DNA of 32,000 nucleotides from Wolbachia endosymbiont strain TRS of Brugia malayi. GTDB taxonomy: Bacteria > Pseudomonadota > Alphaproteobacteria > Rickettsiales > Anaplasmataceae. The stretch spans positions 510,001-542,000 of the forward strand of contig NC_006833.1 of the NCBI RefSeq assembly GCF_000008385.1, written 5' to 3'. The position numbers and the translations under genes are program-made. Below are positions 1 to 10,932 of the stretch, piece by piece. The notes beneath the pieces are model-generated. The model made no database searches and was not told the DNA's origin. It saw only the letters and a program-made list of their open reading frames with translations. Position 1 is the first letter of the stretch. Each line of letters starts with the position of its first letter.

Positions 1-110
1 AAAATTCCTAATTCTGTTAACATATCAACAGCATGAATCATAGTGCTATAGTCTGATTCACTTCCCATAATTACAGCAACATCTTTTTTTATTTCCGCCA
101 TATTCAACAT
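1..110 (-). CDS. purE: N5-carboxyaminoimidazole ribonucleotide mutase, N-terminal part (runs off the left edge)
   Basis: Reverse complement from 110 or 101 reads MLNMAEIKKDVAVIMGSESDYSTMIHAVDMLTELGI, the typical PurE N-terminus (V.VIMGS.SD...M..A...L...GI). Not in the ORF track because it is truncated. Confidence 0.88.
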   Translation of the reverse strand, partial: MLNMAEIKKDVAVIMGSESDYSTMIHAVDMLTELGI

Positions 111-699
111 AACTTTCTTACTAACTAAATAGTGTTTCAGCTAAAAAGCAACAAATATTTGAATCATACTGTGAATATAGTGTATGACATAAAACCCTCC
201 CTTTAAATAGAAATTTCAAATAAGCATTCGCATTAGAGCACACAAATGTGCAAACATTGTAATTTTAGGGACCAGTAGCTCACAGAAACACAAAAAACTA
301 CCTAACAAACCTCGCTAGCCCCCTTATCCCGATACTGGAGGTATTAAGTTACCTTCAATCTGTGCAGATTAAAATAATAAAGTGTTATATAGTTAGCATC
401 TTATGTTTAATTTTTTGCACTATATGTACCTTATGTCTTCACAATATTTCTAATTTTTTACCTATATAAGTTGAAACTCGCTTATAAAGCGTTTAGGACA
501 GTATAATATACTAATTTGCAGGATTAGAGAGTAAATACTATCACCATAATATATCTTTTGCCTTTTTTTTGCCTAGTAAATTTCTAAAACATTTATGACT
601 AAAGGTTAGTTGCAATAAAAAACAACTAAGTCGCGATTACTAAGTATTTAAAACATAAAAAAACGCTAGTGTTTTTAAATAGATATTAACTAGGGCTTC

Positions 700-1000
700 T
701 TTTGTCTTTTTCTTACTTGGTGGATTTCTTAAATATTTGTAGCTGAAGATTTACTGACAACAGCTGCTTGTTAGCGGAATCTAGAGATACCGCAAATGAA
801 TCGCGGTATGACGTAGGGGTTACTGATATTCCAGAGCGTGATGCTGCCTTCTCATACTGGAAAACCATAGGATGATAAAAAATAGTAAATAAATTCACTA
901 AATAACAGTGTCACATACTGGAGTGATATTATAGATGCGCTAGGATTAGGAGAAGGAGACACCGGAATGACACCCCCTGGATGGAAAGCTGAATGCTAAT
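700..1000 (+). repeat. Interspersed intergenic repeat, copy 1
   Basis: ggatttcttaaatatttgtagctgaagatttactgacaaca...gttagcggaatctagagataccgcaaatgaatcgcggtatgacgt...tctcatactggaaaaccataggatga; matches the copies near 7905, 17670 and 26600. Confidence 0.8.
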
Positions 1001-1093
1001 ATCAACATTAAAACAATACCCTTTCCTAGTGAAAATCATTACCAAATTATAATGTTCGTACAGTTGTACTTTTTACCCTAGAAGCGCTAGGTA

Positions 1094-2125
1094 TTATTTC
1101 CATTTACATTCGTCTGCTATCATAACAGCCTCAAAAAGATGCTTTTCAAGCTCACTTAGAGGTAAATCACTTTGTGGGTAGTCTCCCCAAAATTTTAGTA
1201 TATTGGAAACCTCAACGCCTTCAATAATAGGATATTCTTGATTTTTCTTAGCATATAGTTCCTGGGCCTGCTTGCTTACTAAAAACTCCAATAAAGCTAT
1301 AGCATTTTCTCTATTTTTTGCATTTTTTGTTACTGCTGCACCACTAATGTTTACCATTACACCATTACTATCGTGATTAGGGAAGAAAACTCCTAGTTTG
1401 TTTGCAACATTCTTTTTATTCTCACGTTCTGATGAAAGGATTCTCGCAAAGTAATAGCTATTTACTATTGCAATATCTCCTTCACCAGCAGCTACAGCAT
1501 AAATTTGGTTAGTATCACCACCGCTTGGCTTTCTTGCCATATTGCTTACAATCCCACTGACCCATTCTTTCGTCTTTTCAAAACCATTATTTGCAATCAT
1601 AAAAGCAATCAGCGATCGATTATATGGACTTGTAGAAGAACGTACTAATATTTTTCCTTTCCATTTTTTATTTGCTAAATCCTCATAGGTACTTAAGTCT
1701 TTAGGATCTACTGATTCTTTATTGTAAACCAATATTCTCGTTCTTTTTGTGAGACCAAACCAGTAACCTTCACTATCCCTAAACTTTTCAGGTATAGCTC
1801 TTTTCAAAATCTCTGAGTTTACCTGAGACAAAAGCCCTCTTTTTTTTGCCAAAATTAGGTTCACTGCATCTGCAGTTAAAAATACATCAGTCCCACTGCC
1901 ATTTTCCATGCGTGAGAGCAGCTGGGAGTAATCGTCAATAATATAACGTACTTTAATACCTGTATTTCTTGTAAATTCATCAAATAGAGTACGTACCAAT
2001 TCCTCTTTACGCGATGAATAAACGTTTACCACTTGTAGGTCATTAGTCTCGTTGTTTTTATATAAAAAAGTAACGACGATTAATACAACTACTACTAAGG
2101 AAGTGAATATTAAAGCTTTTTTCAT
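1094..2125 (-). CDS. fbpA: Fe(3+) ABC transporter periplasmic substrate-binding protein (FbpA/AfuA-like)
   Basis: 343-aa ORF with signal-like N-terminal TM, then VNVYSSRKEELVRTLFDEFTRNTGIKV and GDIAIVNSYYFARI, typical of family 1 iron(III)-binding proteins. Confidence 0.85.
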   Translation of the reverse strand: MKKALIFTSLVVVVLIVVTFLYKNNETNDLQVVNVYSSRKEELVRTLFDEFTRNTGIKVRYIIDDYSQLLSRMENGSGTDVFLTADAVNLILAKKRGLLSQVNSEILKRAIPEKFRDSEGYWFGLTKRTRILVYNKESVDPKDLSTYEDLANKKWKGKILVRSSTSPYNRSLIAFMIANNGFEKTKEWVSGIVSNMARKPSGGDTNQIYAVAAGEGDIAIVNSYYFARILSSERENKKNVANKLGVFFPNHDSNGVMVNISGAAVTKNAKNRENAIALLEFLVSKQAQELYAKKNQEYPIIEGVEVSNILKFWGDYPQSDLPLSELEKHLFEAVMIADECKWK

Positions 2126-2254
2126 ATAAATAAAACAATTTCCTTCAACTTAGGATACCAAAACGCAAAGTTTTAGTAAATGTAAAATTTACTCAGACCT
2201 ATTTTGCTCCAATTAAGGGGCATCAAAATTATGTAAGAGATTTTACTACGTACT

Positions 2255-3532
2255 TTATTCACCAATACTATAAACAATATCTTTACAATTATGAGATTGA
2301 ACTACAACTTGTTCAAGCGTTAGGCTGATGCATTTAGCGTCTTTACCATGATTATCCTTAAGAACATTTGTTCTTTCTTGTTCTATTTTCTTAATGAATT
2401 TCTTGTTAACACTTTCTGTATTAATCTTTTCCTGAGAATATATAAGATTAGTGCAATTCGTTTTCCTGTAGTAATGTACACCAAGACATATGATTGATAA
2501 TGCAAGTATACCTGAACCTATGAATAACGACAACCCTACGTTATGAGTCAAAGGGTTCTGGTAAAATTTTTGCACATTATTAATGCCATCTATTGCAAGT
2601 AGCCCTAAGGGAAACGCTATATTTGCAGCAACTACACTAGTTAATAATGCAATGAATAGCGGCCTATTATTAATTATTGATTCTATTTTGTTAGCTCTAC
2701 TAATTACTTTTTCGCCAATATTAATGAAGTTATCTTTAGCTTCCCAAGCATTAAGTGCAAAATTTGAATGAGTGTCATTGCTATATTCCAGTCTTACAGA
2801 TTTTATCACCTTGTCCCTTGGCTGGCACTCTAACACTTTATCTAAAATTTCATTTGCATTCCCTTTTTGGATTTGATATTCTTCAGCGTCTCTAAATTGC
2901 TTTATTATATGAAATATAGGACTAACCGCAAACAATGAAGCAGATGCAATGACCAGTATAGTAATATAGAACGGGCTATTTGCAAAAAAAACAATAAATT
3001 TTGCTTTATCTTGTAAGTACACTAAAGCTAAAGATGTGCATAATATAATAGTATTTGCACCAAAAATTATAACGCCCTTCTGCTGCATGGCATATTTTAC
3101 CCTTGGCCAGACTCTGTTTGTTTTCTTGCCTGAGCTGATTAAAGGAGTTGTTGAATCTGTTTCACTGTTTTCAATGTAAGAATCGTCTTTCGGTGTAAAA
3201 GGAGTTGGAGGTGTGTCTGAACCATCACCGGGCTTGTTATCTAATAATCTTTTCCAATCTCCTGATGTTTTTTTACTATCCCAAGATTCGCTAAACAACG
3301 TTCCTTCAGAAGCTGATTTTTTTATCCCTGAGCTTTGATTATTTATTCCGCTATCCCTAGTATGATCCATTTCTTCATTATTTGATTCTTTTTTATACAA
3401 CTCCGCCTGTACACGCAGTGGCTTTGATGGTACTGCACCTAGTACATCTAAGATAGCATTTGCTGCCACTCCAGCCAATGATGGATCTGTTTTTGGTGCT
3501 TCTGCTGATATTTTATTTTTCAATTCTAGCAT
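2255..3532 (-). CDS. Hypothetical membrane protein with about four predicted TM segments
   Basis: 425-aa uninterrupted ORF; long hydrophilic N-terminus, then hydrophobic stretches VIIFGANTIILCTSLALVYL, FYITILVIASASLFAVSPIF, LFIALLTSVVAANIAFPLGLLAI and LSLFIGSGILALSIICLGVHYY. Confidence 0.7.
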   Translation of the reverse strand: MLELKNKISAEAPKTDPSLAGVAANAILDVLGAVPSKPLRVQAELYKKESNNEEMDHTRDSGINNQSSGIKKSASEGTLFSESWDSKKTSGDWKRLLDNKPGDGSDTPPTPFTPKDDSYIENSETDSTTPLISSGKKTNRVWPRVKYAMQQKGVIIFGANTIILCTSLALVYLQDKAKFIVFFANSPFYITILVIASASLFAVSPIFHIIKQFRDAEEYQIQKGNANEILDKVLECQPRDKVIKSVRLEYSNDTHSNFALNAWEAKDNFINIGEKVISRANKIESIINNRPLFIALLTSVVAANIAFPLGLLAIDGINNVQKFYQNPLTHNVGLSLFIGSGILALSIICLGVHYYRKTNCTNLIYSQEKINTESVNKKFIKKIEQERTNVLKDNHGKDAKCISLTLEQVVVQSHNCKDIVYSIGE

Positions 3533-3627
3533 ACTTACCCTCCGAAATTAATTACTACTGTTATATTGATTATACTATAGTTATTAAGATACAGTAAATA
3601 CTAATTTGAGAATAATTCTAGAAAAGC

Positions 3628-4422
3628 TTAATATAAGAATTGTCTGTCAAAAATTCTTTCATCTAGGGAATAATCCTTGTCAAAGAGCAGAGTAACTGTG
3701 TTCTCATGGTCTTTCTGCATTTTTATCTGTGATATGTTGTGAAGCTCCTTGTAATCTGATACTACAAGTGCTGGACGATTTTGTGCGTTGTTAATGTCAA
3801 TTTGCACAATTGTATCATTTGAGATCAACGCTCCATTCCAATGCCTTGGGTAGTAGCTATTAATAGAGGTCAGTGCAAATAAGTTTGAATTGAGTGGTAA
3901 GATTGGGCCACCAGCAGAGAAATTATATGCAGTACTGCCTGTGGGAGTAGACAATATTATTCCATCTCCTCTAAACTTTTCCATTTTTAGTTTACTATTG
4001 ATAGCAACATTCATCTCTACTATCTGATTTGCCTTTCTAAAGACATACACTTCGTTTACCGCTACATGGTGATATTTTTTACCACTCAGATCTATAGCTT
4101 CCATCTTTAGCAAAGTTAGCTGAGCTGAAGTTGCGTGCTCTATGTTATCAATCAAATCTTCGCTGCTACTGAAGTATTTATTCATCAAAAATCCAACACT
4201 ACCAGTGTTTACCCCATATACATGTATATCTTTGTTTCCTACGACGTAATTATGCAAGGTGTGTAGCATTAAACCATCGCCGCCAACAACTACCAGTAGA
4301 TCAACTTCAGATTTATTTTCCTCTGTTATATTGATAAAATTAAGCTTCTGTAATAATTTAGATACTTCCTGTGATTTTGGTGACTCAGAAGCAACATAGC
4401 CTATATTTTTGTATTTATGCAT
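3628..4422 (-). CDS. nadK: NAD kinase
   Basis: 264-aa ORF with VVVGGDGLMLHTLH, GVNTGSVGFLMN and DGIILSTPTGSTAYNFSAGGPI, the NAD kinase motifs. Confidence 0.95.
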   Translation of the reverse strand: MHKYKNIGYVASESPKSQEVSKLLQKLNFINITEENKSEVDLLVVVGGDGLMLHTLHNYVVGNKDIHVYGVNTGSVGFLMNKYFSSSEDLIDNIEHATSAQLTLLKMEAIDLSGKKYHHVAVNEVYVFRKANQIVEMNVAINSKLKMEKFRGDGIILSTPTGSTAYNFSAGGPILPLNSNLFALTSINSYYPRHWNGALISNDTIVQIDINNAQNRPALVVSDYKELHNISQIKMQKDHENTVTLLFDKDYSLDERIFDRQFLY

Positions 4423-4453
4423 GCTCCAGTCTAAAACTTAAAGAGAAAGAAAA

Positions 4454-4666
4454 TTAGAAAATATTTCCGTACTTATCGTTAAACTTAGCTATTTTGCTAG
4501 TTTTATTTGTTGACCCACTTGTCAAACTTCCAGTCCATGCAGGGTGAGTAAGAGGATCTCTATCAAGCTTTATCTTATCTCCCTCCTTTCCATAGGTTGA
4601 ACGAGTTTCAAACTCTTGACCATTTGTCATGACTATAGTAATTTTATGGTAATCAATTTCTGCCAT
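4454..4666 (-). CDS. rpmE: 50S ribosomal protein L31
   Basis: 70-aa ORF; ITIVMTNGQEFETRSTYG...IKLDRDPLTHPAWTG...KIAKFNDKYG matches the L31 pattern. Confidence 0.88.
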   Translation of the reverse strand: MAEIDYHKITIVMTNGQEFETRSTYGKEGDKIKLDRDPLTHPAWTGSLTSGSTNKTSKIAKFNDKYGNIF

Positions 4667-4794
4667 TGCCGCTTATAAACTCTTAGTCAGTTACCATTCT
4701 AGTGTATTCAATTCGTTAAGTCAATTATTATTATTGGACATTGACAAAAGATAAATAAAGTAGTACTTTTAATAAAGAATCAAGAATTATCGTT

Positions 4795-5775
4795 ATGATT
4801 TTTGCTTTCCCTGGTCAGGGTTCACAGTTTGTAGGAATGGGAAGAGACCTATATAGTCAATTTTCCGTTGCAAAACAAGTATTTGATGAAGTAGATAGCA
4901 TACTAGGTAGGAAGTTGTCTCATTTGATTTTCAATGGTCCTGTCGAGGAGTTAACCATTACAGAAAACGCTCAGCCAGCTATAACGGCAGTATCAATTGC
5001 AACACTACGTGTTATGGAGCATGTGTTTGGTAAGTCTCTCCTCTCTGATCACGATGTTAAATATGTTTGTGGGCATTCAGTTGGTGAATATACAGCACTA
5101 TGTGCTGCAGGAGCGTTGACACTCGAGTCCACAGTCAAGTTGCTGAAAGCTCGCAGCGAAGCAATGCATAAAGCTTCTTTAAAATGTAAAGGTGGAATGG
5201 TTGCGTTGCTTGGAGCAGAGATAAGTGAAGTAGAAGATATATTGGAATCAGCTCAAATTGATGAAATTTATGGAATTGCAAACGATAATGGTGGTGGACA
5301 GGTAGTGGTAAGTGGTACTGCAGAGGCCCTTGAAATATTACCTGGTTTGTTCAAAAACTCGAGTGTGAGAAAATTAATTAAATTGCAAGTTAGTGGGCCT
5401 TTTCACTCATCTCTTATGAGACCTGCTGATGAAAAGATCTTGGAATTTCTAGAGAGCATTGACATAACTCATCCTTCAATTCCTTTTGTATCAAACGTCA
5501 CAGCTAAAGAAGAAAGCAATCCAGAAACTATAAAAATCTTACTTGCTAAGCAAATTGTAAGTAGAGTGAAATGGAGAGAAATGGTTTTACATATGGCAAG
5601 TAGTGGCATTAACGAATTCGTTGAAATTGGACCTAATAAAGTTTTATCTAATTTAGTCAAAAGAATTGATCAATCCATTAGTACAAAAAATATAGGTAGT
5701 ATCAGTGATATTGACAGCTTCTTTAATAGGTCACCAGTACTGACGGTGGAAAATTTAGAAGTTAGCTTAAGTTAA
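4795..5775 (+). CDS. fabD: Malonyl CoA-acyl carrier protein transacylase
   Basis: 326-aa ORF; MIFAFPGQGSQFVGMG, CGHSVGEYTAL, SGPFHSSLM, EIGPNKVLSNL. Confidence 0.96.
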   Translation: MIFAFPGQGSQFVGMGRDLYSQFSVAKQVFDEVDSILGRKLSHLIFNGPVEELTITENAQPAITAVSIATLRVMEHVFGKSLLSDHDVKYVCGHSVGEYTALCAAGALTLESTVKLLKARSEAMHKASLKCKGGMVALLGAEISEVEDILESAQIDEIYGIANDNGGGQVVVSGTAEALEILPGLFKNSSVRKLIKLQVSGPFHSSLMRPADEKILEFLESIDITHPSIPFVSNVTAKEESNPETIKILLAKQIVSRVKWREMVLHMASSGINEFVEIGPNKVLSNLVKRIDQSISTKNIGSISDIDSFFNRSPVLTVENLEVSLS

Positions 5776-5830
5776 AGCACACCTGTTTGATGTTATCACA
5801 ACTTGGAATAACATAGGGCGATACAGGAAA

Positions 5831-7336
5831 TTACACAATCAGTGAACTACCTGTCATTTCATCTGGTTTTTTAATTCCAAGTAACTGTAAAATAGTAGGA
5901 GCGATATCAGATAATCTTCCATCTTTCAACTTTAGGTTGTTACAAGAATTAGGGTATATAATAAACGGAACTTTATTTAGAGTGTGTGCTGTGTGAGGTG
6001 TATTATTTTTTTCATCAAACATACATTCCACATTTCCATGGTCTGCAGTAACAATTAACACAGCGTCGTTTATTTCCTTAACAGTATTCAATACTTTTGC
6101 AAGGCAATCATCAACAGCCAGCACAGCTTTTTTGGCTGCTTCCATGTTACCTGTGTGTCCCACCATGTCAGGGTTAGCGTAATTTGCAACTATCAGCGTA
6201 AATTCTTGGGAACGAATTTTTCCTACGAGTTTTTCTGTAAGTTCAAAGGCTGACATTTCAGGCTGCAGGTCATAAGTTTCAACTTTTGGTGAAGGAATGA
6301 GTATTCTTTCTTCATTGGAGAAAGGCTCTTCCTTTCCACAATTGAAGAAAAAAGTCACATGGGCGTATTTCTCAGTTTCAGCAATGCGTAATTGCCGTAA
6401 TTTATTATCTGCTATTATCTCTCCTAAAGTGTTGGTAAAAAATGCAGGGGGAAAAAGACAAGGAATCTGAAGGTCTTCCTTATACTTCATCATACTTAAA
6501 ATTGAGGAAAATTTTGCTACCTCAGTGTAACCTGTTTTGCCTAGCAAAATACTTGCCAATTGTATCATTCGATCAGCACGAAAGTTGGCTAATAACACCC
6601 CATCTTTTAGTTCTATGCCTTTGTAGTCACCTATTACTGTAGGCCTAATAAATTCATCAGTTATATTATTTTGATAGTTATTATCAATCAACGACATCAC
6701 ATTATTGTGACACGTTGCCCTTGCAAATGCGATAGCCTCGTAAGTTTCTATTGTTCTTTCCCACCTATTATCGCGATCCATAGCATAGTAACGCCCAGAG
6801 ACAGTAGCAATTCTTATGTCATTGCCTTTTATATTCTCTTCAAATTCTTGAACGCACTTTTTTCCTGAATTTGGCAGTGTATCTCTGCCGTCCAAAAATG
6901 CATGTATCACTACTTTGATTTCGTGCTGTGATATTTTATTTGCTAAAGTTGAAATATGTTTTTGATGCGAATGAACACCACCATCTGATACCAACCCCAT
7001 TATGTGGCACACGCCGTTCTTATCCTTTAGATCACTAATAAAACTTCGTAAATTCTTGTTATTCTCTATTGTTTTGATTTCTCGATCAATGCGCTGCAGG
7101 CTTTGCATTACCACTCTACCACTGCAGATGTTCATATGACCAACCTCTGAGTTGCCTATCTGACCATCTGGTAATCCAACATCAGTCCCACAGGCAGATA
7201 AACTGCATCTTGGATAATTAGAGCTAATATATTGCCAACAGGGTGGATTTGCGTTGCTAATGGCATTGTATTTACTATCTCCTATTCCATTCCCCCAACC
7301 ATCTAGTATACATAAAACAACTGACTTAAAGTTCAT
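5831..7336 (-). CDS. gpmI: 2,3-bisphosphoglycerate-independent phosphoglycerate mutase
   Basis: 501-aa ORF; [50 protein letters not shown]. Confidence 0.95.
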
Positions 7337-7357
7337 ACAAAATAACAGACAAAAACG

Positions 7358-7429
7358 CTCCCCGGGCCGGATTCGAACCAGCGACCAATTGGTTAACAGC
7401 CAACTGCTCTACCACTGAGCTACCGAGGA
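7358..7429 (-). tRNA. tRNA-Asn (anticodon GTT)
   Basis: Reverse complement TCCTCGGTAGCTCAGTGGTAGAGCAGTTGGCTGTTAACCAATTGGTCGCTGGTTCGAATCCGGCCCGGGGAG folds as a cloverleaf; anticodon loop CTGTTAA. Confidence 0.96.
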
Positions 7430-7904
7430 ATAAACTGTTTTCAACTTATCATGTTGAGCATTAATTGTAAACGTTTTTTGTACTTTATAAGACTTTAGTG
7501 ATGTTATCTAAGCAGTTCATAGAAATGTAGAAAACTACTTTGACAAGCTTCACCAGCCTCCTTACCATATCACTGAAGTTAGTTGTTTATCTTCTCTGTA
7601 GAGATAAACTACAAAAAAACTTAACCTCATGTCTCTTATATTGTTGCCTACATTACCAACTAGTGCTGTAAATTACGTTTGCTGAGCGCTTAAAAAAAAT
7701 GCCAACTGATAAAATGTAGTGAATAACTAGCTGCTCTAGATTTCTTTTGTCTTTTTTCTGTTTAGTAAATTTCTTAACGTTTATAATTTAGACTAATTGC
7801 AAAAGCAATTGATTTGCAATTATTAAGCGTTTAGAAAGAGAATGCTATATTTGAAGTCAAATGTAAATAACTAGCCATCCACAGGGGTTTTTTTGCCTTT
7901 TTTC

Positions 7905-8130
7905 CATTTGATAAACTTGTTAATGTTTATAACTAAGTGACGACCGTCATTCTGTCACTCATTAGCAGAATCTATGGTGAGGTACCACGAATGAATCGTG
8001 ATATGACGTGATAGTTGCCGACGTCTCAGCGCTTGACACTAACTTCTCATACTGGAAAACCATAGGATGACAGAAATAGTAAATAAAATTTACTAAATAT
8101 CAGTATTAGCTACTTTCATGATACTTCTTG
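7905..8130 (+). repeat. Interspersed intergenic repeat, copy 2
   Basis: ttttttgccttttttccatttgataaacttgttaatgtttataact...ttagcagaatctatggtgaggtaccacgaatgaatcgtgatatgacgtg...tctcatactggaaaaccataggatgacagaaatagtaaataaaatttactaaat. Confidence 0.8.
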
Positions 8131-8990
8131 GATGGAAATTGAAGCCCAGTTCTAGGCATGTGCACTTGTTTACACTTAATACCCTGAACTTTTTTTTGCC
8201 CAGTTACGTTTGGTTTATCTAGGCTGTTACTAGGTTGTAATACTGCATATGTGATACCACCAATAGCTCCAGCTGCCAATCCAGCAGCTATAGCTATACC
8301 GATTATAGCTAGTACTGGTAATATAGGACCAGCAAATACAAGTCCTGCAACTACCGCTATTCTGTTATGGTACTTAAAATAACACCAATCCCAACTGCTT
8401 TAGCAATTCGTTCATTTTCTGCATTGTTTTCGCCTTCTGAAGACTGTACCACATCTTTTACCACTAGCAGTATTATTGATTATGTCTTCAACTTTTAGTC
8501 CCTCAATAATTACTAGAAGCCGTTCTTTTATGTTTTCATTACCAATTTTAGGTCTACTGGAGTTTTACCCCATCATTTTCTAATGGAGGATTAGCCTTCC
8601 ATTTTTGGAATAGATCTAATACTATTTTTATGTAACCATTTTCAGCAAGCATAATGTAAAGGAGTACATCCATTATTATCTTGCAATAAATGATTAGCCC
8701 TTTTGTCTAATAGAGCTTGAACTACATCTGTATCTGAGTTACCATAAGAAATAGCCAAATGCAAGGCAGTGAAGTCAGTATTATTCTGCGCGTCAACTTT
8801 AACATTGCCATTTTTTAATAGACACCGAACTATATCTAGGTAACCATTTTTAGTAGAAAAATGCAAAGCAGTATCACCACCACTGTCGTTTATAATTAAC
8901 GTTATCCTTATGTCTAATAGAGCTTTAACTATATTTAAGCAACCATACAAAGCAGGCAAATGCAACGATGTAACTTTTCAATTATGACTG
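8120..8990 (-). pseudogene. Degraded ankyrin-repeat protein with C-terminal hydrophobic domain
   Basis: ORF 8642..8965 is three to four ankyrin repeats (GDTALHFSTKNGYLDIVRCLLKNGNVKVDAQNNTDFTALHLAISYG...). Downstream in a broken frame, IAVVAGLVFAGPILPVLAIIGIAIAAGLAAGAIGGITYAV looks like a C-terminal TM region. Frameshifts and stops lie between. Confidence 0.8.
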
Positions 8991-9346
8991 CCTTATTGTA
9001 AGGTAAATTAATAATTTATATTAAATTTTTCTTTCCATTTCTAGCATACACCTTTATGTTTTGCTTCTAGTTTACTTTTTATTAAAGCAATGACATTGTT
9101 GTAAGTGTTTAGTGATATTACTAATAGTTTTAAGTCTTCCAACTCTAAAGCTATAATTTTCTCCTATCAAAAATAATAACATAGTTTAATTATTATGTTT
9201 TTAATAAAAAAGTCAAGGATTTATATTTTTCCCTCTACATACACTTTTTTAAACTCTTCCTTAAGATATCGAAAATATCTATAAATCACTACTTCCTTTC
9301 TCAATCCAGTTCTAGATTAGTAGAACGTTATTCAATGTTTAGATTG

Positions 9347-9535
9347 TTAAGGCGTGTGCTTAACGTGTTTTTTTACAGCTTCTGCAAATACATATAGCTC
9401 TAATCTAGGAATGTGTATCTCTTTCGCATCTTCAAAATCTACAAAGTCAATCAGATGCCTTTCTATTCCTGCAAGCTCTATTATGATGTCACTCCTGTGT
9501 TCCTGAAAGAAAGTTTTTACTTCAGCAAATGTCAT
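9347..9535 (-). CDS. Small hypothetical ORF, possibly a gene fragment
   Basis: 62-aa ORF with mixed charged/hydrophobic composition. No recognised family. Confidence 0.25.
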   Translation of the reverse strand: MTFAEVKTFFQEHRSDIIIELAGIERHLIDFVDFEDAKEIHIPRLELYVFAEAVKKHVKHTP

Positions 9536-9619
9536 CTTCTAAAAATCACACTCATAGCGTTCTGATAAAACATCAATTAACGGCTGATAATTATATAGCA
9601 ATATTTTCCTTCTACCTCA

Positions 9620-10060
9620 GGTTTAAGTTGTAAATCTTTTTGATTAACATTAAAACCAAAAGCGTCGCTCTATTATCTTATTCATCATGTACGCACAAAC
9701 ACCTACTTTGCTTTCACTGAAAGTACGACTTAAAGGAGTTAATCCATCAGAATTCACTGCATTAATATCTGCTCCGTTATCAATTAGAAGCTTTACCACA
9801 CTTATGTTGCCATATGCTGGATGAAAAGGTGTTCTACCACTGTCGTTTTTGCATTAACCTCTACCCCGTTGTTGATTAGAAGCCTTACTACATCTATAGT
9901 ATCATTGTCAACATCATCATGTAAAGGAGTGTCACCATACTCATCCTTTGCATAAATATTTGCTCAGTTTTCAACTAGAAACTTTGCCATATCTCTATTA
10001 TTTTCCATGATAGCCAAACACAAAAAAGTAGATCCGGTTTCATTCGCTGCATTAGCACTT
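9620..10060 (-). pseudogene. Second ankyrin-repeat gene remnant
   Basis: Reverse complement reads FHPAYGNISVVKLLIDNGADINAVNSDGLTPLSRTFSESKVGVCAYMMNKII plus further ankyrin-like pieces upstream, with stops and frameshifts. Confidence 0.7.
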
Positions 10061-10932
10061 CTTTCCTCTTTTATTAATTTCTCAATCTTATCTAAATCTC
10101 CATATAAAGTTGATGTAAATTACATTGACAACGCAGTATTACTACCAACTTTATTTTCTGACTCTAGAGTAATTAGTGCCCAGCGTGTTGATTATTTAAA
10201 AAATTTTTTAACTAAGCACACTCAATTGCAGAAATCGATTAACGCACTATAAACATTGATGCAATAAGGCCGTTGGTACAGGTTTGTATACCTTTAAAAT
10301 TAAAGAACGGAAAGGAGCTAAGTGCACGCTATATATTTACTTACAGGTGACGCGACAATAAATAGCTAATATCATCACATCATTCTTCATTACCACCTAT
10401 GGATTAGAAGCAAGAAAAATGAATATTCATAGAAGAGGAACACAAGCTATATTTTTTATTGACTTATCTATATTCTATAACTTACATTAATAAGCAAGTA
10501 AATGAGTGTTGTTAATATATGACCAATGAAATGATATTTTATACAGAATAGCCAGTAGTTTGTTATTGGGAAAATAAAAATGAAGAGCATAGTTCACATG
10601 AAGATAAAGAACTTATGATGAAATGAAAAAAAGAGTCTGCGTAATTCAAGTACCGATTATGTAGAAGACTACTTTAGAAGGTATTAAACGGATAGTAGAT
10701 AAACACCTAAACAAGGACTGAGGCTAAATTTATGTTACAGAGGTAAGAACGATAATTAGGATGAAACTTTCACAAATTTTACATTTGGAAAAATATTAAA
10801 TACTCTTTCTAAAATATCCTGTTGCCCTGTAGATAGTAGAAGATGTGAATTTCCTTTCATTTCAGATGAACAAGACTACGATAACAAATATGGTGATGAT
10901 GAGGATGAATTATCTGAAAAAGTTCAGACATC

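Noticed and set aside
713-898. Small ORF 713..898 (61 aa)
   Set aside because: Coincides with copy 1 of the non-coding interspersed repeat; the other copies do not preserve the frame.
2583-6868. Antisense ORFs 2583..2771, 5469..5660, 6442..6642 and 6671..6868
   Set aside because: Opposite to confidently identified or long coding frames, with no support of their own.
10007-10252. Plus-strand 81-aa ORF 10007..10252
   Set aside because: Largely overlaps an ankyrin remnant on the other strand and has no recognisable features.
10459-10481. Promoter-like TTGACTTATCTATATTCTATAAC resembling the 19265-19292 motif
   Set aside because: Spacer is only about 11 nt and no intact gene follows; AT-rich background makes this likely by chance or a degraded copy.
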